Shown here: piece by piece, positions 1 through 8,180 of the stretch
Position numbering within the stretch: position 1 is the stretch's first letter
How the letters are laid out: each line of letters opens with the position of its first letter
Source of the DNA: a virus
Strand: one strand, 5' to 3'
Length of the DNA stretch: 64,000 nucleotides
IMG/VR virus record: IMGVR_UViG_3300011013_000009
Coordinates: 13,442 to 77,441 of that record
Position numbers and translations under genes: made by a program
Notes under the pieces: model-generated
Told to the model about the DNA's origin: nothing
The model's database searches: none
What the model saw: the letters and a program-made list of their open reading frames with translations, nothing else

Positions 1-80
1 TTATTAAAGCGGCAAGGATATGTGCAATGGGATTTGATGATCCGACTACTATGGTAGCTGAGCAAATTATTAATTTATAA
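1..80 (+). CDS. 3' end of an upstream gene (partial)
   Basis: Open frame from nt 3 (IKAARICAMGFDDPTTMVAEQIINL) to TAA at 78-80, followed by a terminator. Confidence 0.6.
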   Translation, partial: IKAARICAMGFDDPTTMVAEQIINL

Positions 81-98
81 ACCATGTCTCTTAGGTTT

Positions 99-125
99 AA
101 GGAGTCGGAAACGGCTCCTTTTTTT
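99..125 (+). terminator. Rho-independent terminator
   Basis: AAGGAGTCG-GAAA-CGGCTCCTT stem with GNRA loop, then a T run. Confidence 0.9.
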
Positions 126-148
126 CTTTAAACTTCACCGGTAAAAGA

Positions 149-180
149 TTTGGTAGAATGAAAAAAACACCTTATATTTA
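149..180 (+). promoter_or_regulatory. Early promoter, Bacteroidota-type -33/-7
   Basis: TTTG-N20-TATATTTA, resembling TTTG-N19-21-TAnnTTTG; near-identical copy at 811. Confidence 0.75.
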
Positions 181-204
181 AGTATAATTTAAAATTTAAG
201 AGAT

Positions 205-804
205 ATGAAAAAATTGAAAAAGCAAAAAGTAAAATTCATCGACAATACCGCAGCTTTAAAGAAAACGGATAAGAAGCACAAAGACGAAACGAATGATTGT
301 GTGGTGTATGCTTTTATGAATGCATTTGAGGTTAGCTATGATGAAGCACATGAATATGTTGAAAAGAATTATAGCAGACGAAAAGGCAAAGGTACATTTA
401 ATACGGTACACGGATTAGCTGAGATGGGTGGATTGAAATTAGTATTATCTAAGAATACAGATAGTGATTGTGACACTAGTTATTTGAATGGCAAGACAAC
501 TAAGTATATCGGAAGTCATCCTAAAGCGTGTGTTAAAGACAAGGAAGGTAACGCTTATGGGACTTATATTAAATTAACCAATCCATTATATCCCTTAGGC
601 AAAGGAGAGTATGCCGGATACACAGTAGGGAAGTTTAGATTACAGCATCCTAAGGGAACATATATTATATTAGTGAGTGGGCACGCATTGTGTATCAAAG
701 ACGGAGCGACAGTAGATAACTATTCTGAGAATGATATGTTATTCCAATTCTATAACAGAGATCAGAGAAGAGCTCTTCATATCTTCCAAGTAATTGACAA
801 GTAA
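205..804 (+). CDS. Early protein, putative Cys-His-Asp (papain/C39-like) hydrolase
   Basis: NDCVVYA...SYDEAH...SGHALCIKDG...D motif pattern. Confidence 0.55.
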   Translation: MKKLKKQKVKFIDNTAALKKTDKKHKDETNDCVVYAFMNAFEVSYDEAHEYVEKNYSRRKGKGTFNTVHGLAEMGGLKLVLSKNTDSDCDTSYLNGKTTKYIGSHPKACVKDKEGNAYGTYIKLTNPLYPLGKGEYAGYTVGKFRLQHPKGTYIILVSGHALCIKDGATVDNYSENDMLFQFYNRDQRRALHIFQVIDK

Positions 805-810
805 AAAAGA

Positions 811-842
811 TTTGGTAGAGTGAAATAAAAACCTTATATTTA
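811..842 (+). promoter_or_regulatory. Early promoter, Bacteroidota-type -33/-7
   Basis: TTTG-N20-TATATTTA. Confidence 0.75.
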
Positions 843-865
843 AGAAATAATAAAAATTAAGAGAT

Positions 866-1207
866 ATGAAAAAGTTTAAAAAGTTTAATTTAGGAGACAC
901 CGTTAGAGCTCACGATTTTGAAGGCAATTTGGAAGTAGGAACTATTAATGCCTGTTATGTAGAAGGCATTGTAGTAGACATTGTTAGAGTAGTAGAGATA
1001 GGAGGTTGTATGTGTTATAAGCTTAAGTGTACTAAGAAAGTATTTGGAGGCGAAGAGATTAAAGAACACAAAGGCGAAATAGTATTCAGTCCTGTTAATG
1101 GCACTAAGACATTCTTCGGTAAAGAATTAAATCAGGTTGTGTTAGTTGAGGCATTTGATGAAGACACAGATCCCGCAGGTGGATATGGATTACATTCCCA
1201 CATTTAA
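866..1207 (+). CDS. Early hypothetical protein, SH3-like beta-barrel
   Basis: FNLGDTVRAHDF...VEGIVV; has its own promoter. Confidence 0.7.
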   Translation: MKKFKKFNLGDTVRAHDFEGNLEVGTINACYVEGIVVDIVRVVEIGGCMCYKLKCTKKVFGGEEIKEHKGEIVFSPVNGTKTFFGKELNQVVLVEAFDEDTDPAGGYGLHSHI

Positions 1208-1222
1208 AAGACGGAAAAGAAA

Positions 1223-1254
1223 TTAGGATAGTTGAAATATTATCCTTATATTTA
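1223..1254 (+). promoter_or_regulatory. Early promoter
   Basis: TTAG-N20-TATATTTA, same spacing and TGAAA spacer element as the 149 and 811 copies. Confidence 0.7.
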
Positions 1255-1287
1255 AGTATTATTAATAATTAAAAAATAAATAATAAA

Positions 1288-1716
1288 ATGAAAAAAGTAA
1301 GTTTAAAAGAACAAATCGAAAAAGTAGAGAACCAATCATTAAGTGGAATTTATTCTAAGGAAGATGTATTGGCATTGTTAAATGATGTAGAAGCTGAAAA
1401 AGAATTTGATATTGACTTAGATGAATTGAAAAAGTATTTATTAAGCAATGTAGAGAATTATTTTAATAATGTTTATAACGCAGCAGACTACATTGAAGAT
1501 CCAGAATTTGAGATTAGCTATGGAAATGAATTGACGCTTGAAAGAGCACAATTTGATTCTAGCCAATTGGCAACTGATGTGGATGCATGTTTTGATGATG
1601 CATTAACAGAATATAAAGATGCCGAAGCAGCAAAGAGAATGGCTGAGATAGATAAGGCAGAGGAAACTCATTTTGAAGAGGCACCTGCAGAAGAGGTGAC
1701 AGGAACAGAATTATAA
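1288..1716 (+). CDS. Early acidic hypothetical protein
   Basis: 142-aa ORF behind its own promoter with an A-rich start region. Confidence 0.8.
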   Translation: MKKVSLKEQIEKVENQSLSGIYSKEDVLALLNDVEAEKEFDIDLDELKKYLLSNVENYFNNVYNAADYIEDPEFEISYGNELTLERAQFDSSQLATDVDACFDDALTEYKDAEAAKRMAEIDKAEETHFEEAPAEEVTGTEL

Positions 1717-1807
1717 ACTAGTTAACACAGAGATAATGAAGAAGAGAGTTTAATACAAAGACATAGCTTTAATATAGAAAGCCAATAAGATAGCAAGACA
1801 TAAGCAC

Positions 1808-1853
1808 AGCGTCCCTCCTTAAGCCATAGAGCTAAGCAGTAAGGGGCGCTTTC
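1808..1853 (+). terminator. Possible terminator hairpin
   Basis: AGCGTCCCT(1808-16) pairs with AGGGGCGCT(1842-50), inner CTTAAGC/GCTAAG stem, short T tail. Confidence 0.45.
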
Positions 1854-1870
1854 TACAATCCATGCCCTAA

Positions 1871-1977
1871 GGGGGCGTAGTAAAGGGGGCAGGGGTAGAA
1901 CAAGGGGGGCTGGGGCAAAACCGGGGGCTAAAGGGGGCTAAATGGGGGGGTAGGGGAGGGTTTCATTAACACCCCCC
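1871..1977 (+). repeat. Phased G-tract array (imperfect TAAAGGGGGC repeats)
   Basis: Nine G4-G7 runs start at 1871,1885,1892,1904,1912,1923,1933,1944,1953; a C6 run at 1972-1977. Confidence 0.9.
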
Positions 1978-2086
1978 TTATCCAGGTGCGGGTTGGCTGC
2001 GTTAAACCTATTTTCTTAGCACGGATAGATTTTTTGCTATATAGGTGGTCTTTATTAGAATATACTGCGTATATACTTTCTGGTAC

Positions 2087-2094
2087 ATATTTAT
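2087..2094 (+). promoter_or_regulatory. Putative late promoter motif ATATTTAT
   Basis: Recurrent intergenic octamer; ATG lies 5 nt downstream. Confidence 0.65.
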
Positions 2095-2099
2095 ATTAA

Positions 2100-2561
2100 A
2101 TGATAAAACTAAAGTCTATATTAACCGAACAATCAACCCCTACGGTAGTATTTGTTTCTGGATTAACTAAGTATGAATCAGTCGACGCACAGGGCAACCG
2201 AATACAAAGCGGTATGCCCGGATTCCAAGTTATAACATTTCATTATAAAGACAAAGAAAAAATTATAAAATATCTAAAAGATAACAATGTACAAGCTCTT
2301 ATATTATATAGTAAGTCTTGTGAATACTGGAAGACATATAAACCATATATTAATAATATTTTTTGCATTGAGCCATGGAATGGAAGTAATAAGATGGTAT
2401 CTAGATACTCAGGGTTTCCTGCTGATAATATGTGGGTCGGCCCAGAAGATTATAGAGGGAATGGATTAAAAACTAATAATGATATAGTGCCCGGCAAAGG
2501 AACTCGGGGACATATCGAAGCCTTATCGGTTGTTTCTCTATTAATAGCTAGGAAAATATAA
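2100..2561 (+). CDS. MIKLK-leader protein, alpha/beta-hydrolase-like
   Basis: MIKLKSILTE leader; VVFVSGL, LILYSKS nucleophile-elbow-like segment, C-terminal His (GHIEAL). Confidence 0.6.
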   Translation: MIKLKSILTEQSTPTVVFVSGLTKYESVDAQGNRIQSGMPGFQVITFHYKDKEKIIKYLKDNNVQALILYSKSCEYWKTYKPYINNIFCIEPWNGSNKMVSRYSGFPADNMWVGPEDYRGNGLKTNNDIVPGKGTRGHIEALSVVSLLIARKI

Positions 2562-2650
2562 TGATAAAACTAAAGTCTATATTAAACGAAATAGGAGATG
2601 CCTTGGTTGCTCCTTATATAACAATATCCATTCCTAGGCTTGGAGATTAG
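2561..2650 (+). CDS. 29-aa MIKLK-leader mini-ORF or truncated remnant (not in ORF track)
   Basis: MIKLKSILNEIGDALVAPYITISIPRLGD*; TAATG overlap; first 30 nt are 29/30 identical to 2100-2129. Confidence 0.6.
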   Translation: MIKLKSILNEIGDALVAPYITISIPRLGD

Positions 2651-2733
2651 TGTATGGCCTGAAGTTTACCTGAAAGGGCGTACTTATAAGCGTACTAACG
2701 TACTACGCTATATTTATTATAAAAAGTCTCCAT

Positions 2734-2844
2734 ATGGATAACGCAGGCGATATATTGATGGAAATACAAATAATATGCCTCACTATATTTATGTGGAAAT
2801 TGTATAGGTATATACTATATAAAGAAGGTAAAGAAAATGATTAA
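2734..2844 (+). CDS. 36-aa putative membrane peptide (not in ORF track)
   Basis: MDNAGDILMEIQIICLTIFMWKLYRYILYKEGKEND; ATATTTAT at 2710-2717 upstream. Confidence 0.45.
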   Translation: MDNAGDILMEIQIICLTIFMWKLYRYILYKEGKEND

Positions 2845-3484
2845 ATTAAAAGATTTATTAAAAGAGCAAAATTCATTTTTCGAACCAATTACGGGAATAG
2901 GATCACCAAAAGCTGGTACCAAGGCTGGTTCTGCATTTGTTAAAGCTGGAGAAAAAGCTGCAGATTTTGCAATAGCACGTAGTAAGGATAAGGATATCAA
3001 CGTAATAACTGATTCTGAATTTCGCGCAGCCATGACAAAATTAGCTAATACGTGGAATCCTATACGAAATCAATATAAAGGTAAAACTGTAAACTTTTAT
3101 AAAATAGGTACAGATGAATTGCTAGGCAATTTTAAAATAGAGAATATCATAGTTAAATATTATGCCGGCAAAGAAGAGTTAGCGCCATATGTAGTTGTAA
3201 GATTATCAGGAGAACATAAAGGAACTGCTTATGCATATGAGCAAGATTTAAAAAGGAATATGTTTAAAGTAGGAAAATCTAAATTAGGTACTTATATGCC
3301 AGAAGCTCCATTAATGAATAAAGAGTTAACTAAAAGTATTTTATCAAAATGGCCTGCTATCGATCGTATTGCTGGAGAATTATCTAATATAAAAGAGAAA
3401 CAAAGAGTACCAGATGCAGATTTTACAGCTGCTATAGATTCTGAATTAGGCAATGATGATATACAATCTACAAATATAGCTTAA
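2837..3484 (+). CDS. MIKLK-leader hypothetical protein
   Basis: MIKLKDLLKE leader. Confidence 0.8.
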   Translation: MIKLKDLLKEQNSFFEPITGIGSPKAGTKAGSAFVKAGEKAADFAIARSKDKDINVITDSEFRAAMTKLANTWNPIRNQYKGKTVNFYKIGTDELLGNFKIENIIVKYYAGKEELAPYVVVRLSGEHKGTAYAYEQDLKRNMFKVGKSKLGTYMPEAPLMNKELTKSILSKWPAIDRIAGELSNIKEKQRVPDADFTAAIDSELGNDDIQSTNIA

Positions 3485-3524
3485 ATTAAAAATAACGCAA
3501 TATTTATAATAAATTGGAAAAAAA

Positions 3525-3857
3525 ATGAAATTAAAAACATTACTAGAAGGATATGCTTGGGAAAGAAAAGATGGCCAACCATTACCAACATTAAATGATG
3601 TTCAGAAAGAGCATAATAAAAAAATATCTGAATCGCCTATACAATATAATCCAAATGATTATGAATCTGCAAAACCAAGTAATATTAATTCTCTCTTAGA
3701 GGATGCAGAAGAGGAATTGGAATCAGTAGTAAATAAATTGTCGACAGATAGTAATGTAAGTACTTCAGATAAGTTAGTTTATTTACAAAGTCTTAAAAAA
3801 ATAAATTATATATTAGATAGATTACAAAATAAAGATTTATCTGGATATTTTGAATAA
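3525..3857 (+). CDS. MKLK-leader hypothetical protein
   Basis: MKLKTLLE leader; ATATTTAT at 3500-3507. Confidence 0.8.
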   Translation: MKLKTLLEGYAWERKDGQPLPTLNDVQKEHNKKISESPIQYNPNDYESAKPSNINSLLEDAEEELESVVNKLSTDSNVSTSDKLVYLQSLKKINYILDRLQNKDLSGYFE

Positions 3858-3869
3858 AAGGAAGAAATA

Positions 3870-4214
3870 ATGGAAGACCCTACATTAATCGGAATATTGG
3901 TTACATTATTAGGAGCATTTGGTGTTAAAGAGATTTGGACCATATGGAAAAAGAAAATCGATATCCAAGGACAAAAAGATTTAATAACATTAAGTAAAGA
4001 ACATCAAATATTACATGGAGTTATAGAAGAGCAAAGAAATACAATTGAAGATATGACAAAAAGAATTGTATTGTTAGAAGATAAAATTGATCAATTAATC
4101 GAAGATAATAAAGATTGTGCTATTAAATTAGCTAGGATGGAAGAAAGATTAATATTATCAGCTAAACAAAGATCAACCAGAAAACAAAAATCAAAAAACG
4201 GTACATCAAAATGA
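3870..4214 (+). CDS. Membrane-anchored coiled-coil protein (holin-like architecture)
   Basis: N-terminal hydrophobic helix, heptad coil, basic tail; AAGGA upstream. Confidence 0.6.
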   Translation: MEDPTLIGILVTLLGAFGVKEIWTIWKKKIDIQGQKDLITLSKEHQILHGVIEEQRNTIEDMTKRIVLLEDKIDQLIEDNKDCAIKLARMEERLILSAKQRSTRKQKSKNGTSK

Positions 4215-4516
4215 TTAAGCTAAAGAATTTATTAAAAGAAAAATATTCACACGAAGATTGGAAATCTGGCGCTACCGGAGAAATGTCTGGATATTATTTA
4301 ATGAAACAATTAAATGATTTAGCACACGATGCCGAAAGATCAGAAGAGCATGATTTAGCAGATGCATATGAATGGTTACATGGTAGAATAAATCAATCTT
4401 ATAGAGATATTGATCTTAATATAGTAGATATACAAGATTTATTAAATGAACCTGCGGGCAGAAAACATTGGAATAATTTGCCAATTGAATATTTGGAAGA
4501 TTTATTTAATTTTTAA
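4211..4516 (+). CDS. MIKLK-leader hypothetical protein
   Basis: MIKLKNLLKE leader. Confidence 0.8.
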   Translation: MIKLKNLLKEKYSHEDWKSGATGEMSGYYLMKQLNDLAHDAERSEEHDLADAYEWLHGRINQSYRDIDLNIVDIQDLLNEPAGRKHWNNLPIEYLEDLFNF

Positions 4517-4518
4517 TT

Positions 4519-5028
4519 ATGATTAAATTAAAAGATATATTATCAGAAGCATTGCCAGATGTTCCTATGACAATGGGATTTCGTAAACACGAAAATTATG
4601 AAGATCAAATCGTAGAACAATTTTTAAGATTTTATCAAAATGATGGCGGAAATAAAACCGGAAGATTTATTGATATGGCATCGCAACTAGTTGATACATA
4701 TGGGGCGGAAGCAGTACAACAAAATTTAGAACGAATTGACGACTTATCAAATCAAATTAACGAATTAATAAAACCAATTTATAAAGGTGCTGGACATAGT
4801 GTAAAAACTCCATTAGATTCTGGAGCAAATGCAACTATATGGAAATATCTAGATGATGCACATGAAACAGTAAATGAAATAATAAATAATAGTACATTTA
4901 ATGGATGGCCAATAGATACGGTTATAGCCGAACTAGATGGTTTATATAATACATTAGACGAACTAAAAATGATATATACAACCAATTACGGCCCAGAACC
5001 TGAAAAAAGACAGGTAGGAATGGTATGA
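4519..5028 (+). CDS. MIKLK-leader hypothetical protein
   Basis: MIKLKDILSE leader. Confidence 0.8.
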   Translation: MIKLKDILSEALPDVPMTMGFRKHENYEDQIVEQFLRFYQNDGGNKTGRFIDMASQLVDTYGAEAVQQNLERIDDLSNQINELIKPIYKGAGHSVKTPLDSGANATIWKYLDDAHETVNEIINNSTFNGWPIDTVIAELDGLYNTLDELKMIYTTNYGPEPEKRQVGMV

Positions 5029-5465
5029 TTAAATTGAAAGACATATTACCTGAAGCACTTCGAGATTATGATTCAAATAACATAGATCTCCCAGCAAATG
5101 AATTTAATTTAAAAGATTTAACATTTGATGATGTGTTAGGTAACTTCCCTGGAGAGTATAAAACCCAACAATTTACAAGAATGCAACCAAATGGACAAGA
5201 AGGACCATATTATAGAGACGGAGTATCATTTCCTAAAGTAGGTGATGGTATGACTACAATAGGCGATTTGAAATCCTTCGAAGGTTGGAAAAAAGAGTTC
5301 TTAACTAAATTTGGAGAAACAATAATTTTATTAGACCCAGACGCAGAATGGTTTGATAAGGTTAAAATAAAAAATGATAAATTCAATCAACAATCCACTG
5401 CTAGTTCTAAAGCAATTTCAAAATATTACACAGATAAACCATCAGGTGGTTTTACTGGTGATTAG
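5025..5465 (+). CDS. MIKLK-leader hypothetical protein
   Basis: MIKLKDILPE leader; ATGA overlap with the previous gene. Confidence 0.8.
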   Translation: MIKLKDILPEALRDYDSNNIDLPANEFNLKDLTFDDVLGNFPGEYKTQQFTRMQPNGQEGPYYRDGVSFPKVGDGMTTIGDLKSFEGWKKEFLTKFGETIILLDPDAEWFDKVKIKNDKFNQQSTASSKAISKYYTDKPSGGFTGD

Positions 5466-5467
5466 CC

Positions 5468-5608
5468 ATGCCCCACTATAAACTTCTTAAAAATTCATTT
5501 ACGATCATTTGTGGAAAATGTGATCATGAATGGAACAGGAAAAGAATGCCCGTTACGGCTACATGTCCTAAATGTAAACATAAAGCAAAAATTAAATCTA
5601 GATTATAG
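5468..5608 (+). CDS. 46-aa zinc-ribbon protein (not in ORF track)
   Basis: MPHYKLLKNSFTIICGKCDHEW...TCPKCKHK; CxxC...CxxC. Confidence 0.7.
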   Translation: MPHYKLLKNSFTIICGKCDHEWNRKRMPVTATCPKCKHKAKIKSRL

Positions 5609-5627
5609 TTAGTTATATTTATATAAA

Positions 5628-6485
5628 ATGATAAAGCTCAAAAACATATTATTAAATGAACAACAAACTAAAACAGTAAAGGGAGTTGAATATTGGAGAA
5701 AAAGTGAAGGTGAACCATGGCAAGCAATAGATAAATGTGTTAAAGGTAATTGTCATCATGGAGAAGGAGAAACTATTGGAGAAGATGGATCATTTATTGG
5801 CGAATTCAAGAATGGTAAACGATGGAAAGGAATTTTGACAGGACCAAACGGAGATCAAATATATGTTAATGGTAAAGCTGAAATACTTAGAGAACCAGAA
5901 GAAAAATCAGGAGGATTTTTATCAGTTGCGTTAAACAGTATAATGCCCACTGATTATTTTAATTTATTACCAGTTAATGCAAAAGCTTGGGTAAAAGATT
6001 TAGTAGGAATTAAAAAAACAATTACTTCGAAAGATTTTTCAGTTAATGATTTATTAGTATTAATTGAAATTGTTAAACGATTAAAAAAAGAAGGAAGAGT
6101 AGCAATACAATATTATGATTATAATAAGATGCTTAGGGATAATAAAATAAAAATCCAAAAGCAAGGAATTGAGAAGAGTTTTGAAGATTCAATAGCAGGT
6201 TCAATATATAGATTACGAACAACGTTAGGACGGGCTCGAATAGGCACAAATTCAGAAGGACAAACAGTTATTGTAGATACATTTGATTTTAATAATGTCC
6301 TCTCCGGAGAGGGTAGTAGCGCTAGTTCTAAAAAAAGACAACAAGAAAAAATAATCCAACAAATTTTAAATAATCCTACAGATCTTAGTTATGATAAAGC
6401 AAGAAGGATATCTGGTGCATTTGGTTCTGCAGACGGTGAAGGAGCTTATGTTTATATTAATCTAGGAGATGAAGCAGATATATGA
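5628..6485 (+). CDS. MIKLK-leader protein with MORN-like repeats
   Basis: MIKLKNILLNE; CVKGNCHHGEG...FIGEFKNGKRWKG; ATATTTAT at 5615-5622. Confidence 0.7.
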   Translation: MIKLKNILLNEQQTKTVKGVEYWRKSEGEPWQAIDKCVKGNCHHGEGETIGEDGSFIGEFKNGKRWKGILTGPNGDQIYVNGKAEILREPEEKSGGFLSVALNSIMPTDYFNLLPVNAKAWVKDLVGIKKTITSKDFSVNDLLVLIEIVKRLKKEGRVAIQYYDYNKMLRDNKIKIQKQGIEKSFEDSIAGSIYRLRTTLGRARIGTNSEGQTVIVDTFDFNNVLSGEGSSASSKKRQQEKIIQQILNNPTDLSYDKARRISGAFGSADGEGAYVYINLGDEADI

Positions 6486-6757
6486 TTAAACTAGAAAACA
6501 TATTAAAAAGTATTCCAAATCAAGAAATAGTTGAATCTGAATTAGGACAATGGGAATATCCTGGTAGAATAACAAGAATACCAAGTAATACTATAACAAT
6601 GCAACCCGATCCTAGAACAGGTAAGCCTATAGAACATATATTATTAATAATAGGAGACCAAAGCGGAGAAAAAAAGATAGGAATTCCAGGAGGACCTAAT
6701 TTATTTTTTCCAACAGATACATCAGTTACTGAATATCCTATTAAAAGGCATATGTAA
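6482..6757 (+). CDS. MIKL-leader small protein
   Basis: MIKLENILKS; GQWEYPG..TRIPSNTITM...VTEYP module. Confidence 0.75.
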   Translation: MIKLENILKSIPNQEIVESELGQWEYPGRITRIPSNTITMQPDPRTGKPIEHILLIIGDQSGEKKIGIPGGPNLFFPTDTSVTEYPIKRHM

Positions 6758-6780
6758 CATATTTATATAAAAAGGATATT

Positions 6781-6957
6781 ATGAGTAAAAAACAATTAAA
6801 CGAATGGAATGATGATTCATTTAAAAAATTACCTAAGCGATGGACTAAACATTATAATAAACCTGATGGAACTGGTTTAACAGAGTTTGAGAAAAAGGGC
6901 GGCAAAGATATTCCAAAGAAGAAAACAAAAAACAACCCCAAAAAATTTAAATGGTAA
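6781..6957 (+). CDS. 58-aa basic protein (not in ORF track)
   Basis: MSKKQLNEWNDDSFKKLPKRW...; ATATTTAT at 6759-6766 and AAGGA upstream. Confidence 0.7.
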   Translation: MSKKQLNEWNDDSFKKLPKRWTKHYNKPDGTGLTEFEKKGGKDIPKKKTKNNPKKFKW

Positions 6958-6961
6958 AATT

Positions 6962-7966
6962 ATGAAAAAGAAACAATTATTAAAAGAAAGATTTCAACAA
7001 TTAGCTGGATTAAAAGAAATTAAAATTTTAAATGAAGAAATTCATCCACCAAAAGAATTAGCAAATGATCTAGAAAAATGGATTGGTAATTTCGAAGCAA
7101 TTCCATTTGGATCGGGCCAAGTAAATTCTGTAAGAATTACTGATCCTGTTGATACAAGCAGTAGAGATATTTTACGCATCGATGGAAATGAAAAAGATGC
7201 ATATTATGTAATTTGGCCAGGTAAAGATTTCCCAAAAGATCCGGCATTAGATAGTTATTTTACATCTACTCCTGATAATACATATAAACAACCACACGAA
7301 AAAATAAAAGCAGCAAATGCATTTGTATTAGTAGGCCCGAAAGTACAAAAAATATTAAGCCATGTATCTGCGTTATTAGGACCCAGCGAAGAAGAGGAAG
7401 AAGAACCAAGAGCATCGTGGTGTAAGCGAAATTTAAATTCAGATTGGTATTTTGATAAATTAATGAATGGATTAGGATATTTAAAAGTTGGTGATTGTGG
7501 TGATGCTGTAGAAATAGCACAAGAGCATATGAATGAATTTTTACAAAAAGATTCGGGTAACTCAGCTAATATAGTTCCTTTAAATGTAGATGGTAAGTAT
7601 GGGCCAAAAACAAAAGCTGAAGTTCAAAGAGTACAAAAAGCAATAAATACTAAACCAGATGGATATTACGGTAAAAAAACTCACGATGCACTTATAAAAT
7701 TAATTAAATCTATGACAACTATAGTTAACGAACCTGAAGTAATAGATAAAATGGATATTCGTGACCCGAATAATGTTTTAGGTAAAAACAAGCCTGAACC
7801 AATTAAATTACAAACATTAGCTCCAGTAACATCAGCTGATGATTCTGAGTTTAAAGAAAAAACAAGAAAAAAATTATTTAAACGTAAAAACAAGAAATCT
7901 AAAAAATCTAAATCAACGCCGATATATGATATACCAAAAATGAAAAATAAAACATATGGTTTATAA
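6962..7966 (+). CDS. Peptidoglycan-binding-domain protein (start moved from 6887 to ATG 6962)
   Basis: MKKKQLLKERFQQLAGL start; LKVGDCGDAV...VDGKYGPKT...PDGYYGKKT is PG_binding_1-like. Confidence 0.75.
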   Translation: MKKKQLLKERFQQLAGLKEIKILNEEIHPPKELANDLEKWIGNFEAIPFGSGQVNSVRITDPVDTSSRDILRIDGNEKDAYYVIWPGKDFPKDPALDSYFTSTPDNTYKQPHEKIKAANAFVLVGPKVQKILSHVSALLGPSEEEEEEPRASWCKRNLNSDWYFDKLMNGLGYLKVGDCGDAVEIAQEHMNEFLQKDSGNSANIVPLNVDGKYGPKTKAEVQRVQKAINTKPDGYYGKKTHDALIKLIKSMTTIVNEPEVIDKMDIRDPNNVLGKNKPEPIKLQTLAPVTSADDSEFKEKTRKKLFKRKNKKSKKSKSTPIYDIPKMKNKTYGL

Positions 7967-7968
7967 TA

Positions 7969-8154
7969 ATGCAAAAATTTTCTTTAATAAAGTTACATAC
8001 ATTCGATAATGAACCTATTTATATAAACAAAAAATATATCAAGAAAATATATCAAAATTCAGTAGGTATTATAGTGATACAATTATTAAATGAAGATTCT
8101 ATTTTTACAAATGAAACTAGTATAGATTTATTAGCTGACAAATTATCAATGTAA
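7969..8154 (+). CDS. Small FlbD-like fold protein
   Basis: LIKLHTFDNEPIYINKKYIKKI...IQLLNEDSIFTNET pattern. Confidence 0.5.
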   Translation: MQKFSLIKLHTFDNEPIYINKKYIKKIYQNSVGIIVIQLLNEDSIFTNETSIDLLADKLSM

Positions 8155-8180
8155 AGTTTTTTTACAAATATTTATATAAA

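Noticed and set aside
149-1254. Repeated intergenic units as a CRISPR array or attC sites
   Set aside because: Separated by whole genes, not palindromic, and explained as promoters; no cas or integrase gene in the window
1717-2086. tRNA or known structured RNA in the GC-rich gap
   Set aside because: No cloverleaf or T-loop motif recognisable by eye; an Infernal/tRNAscan run would be needed to exclude it fully
6887-6961. TTG start for the PG-binding gene
   Set aside because: It overlaps the 6781-6957 ORF; ATG 6962 gives a leader-like N terminus
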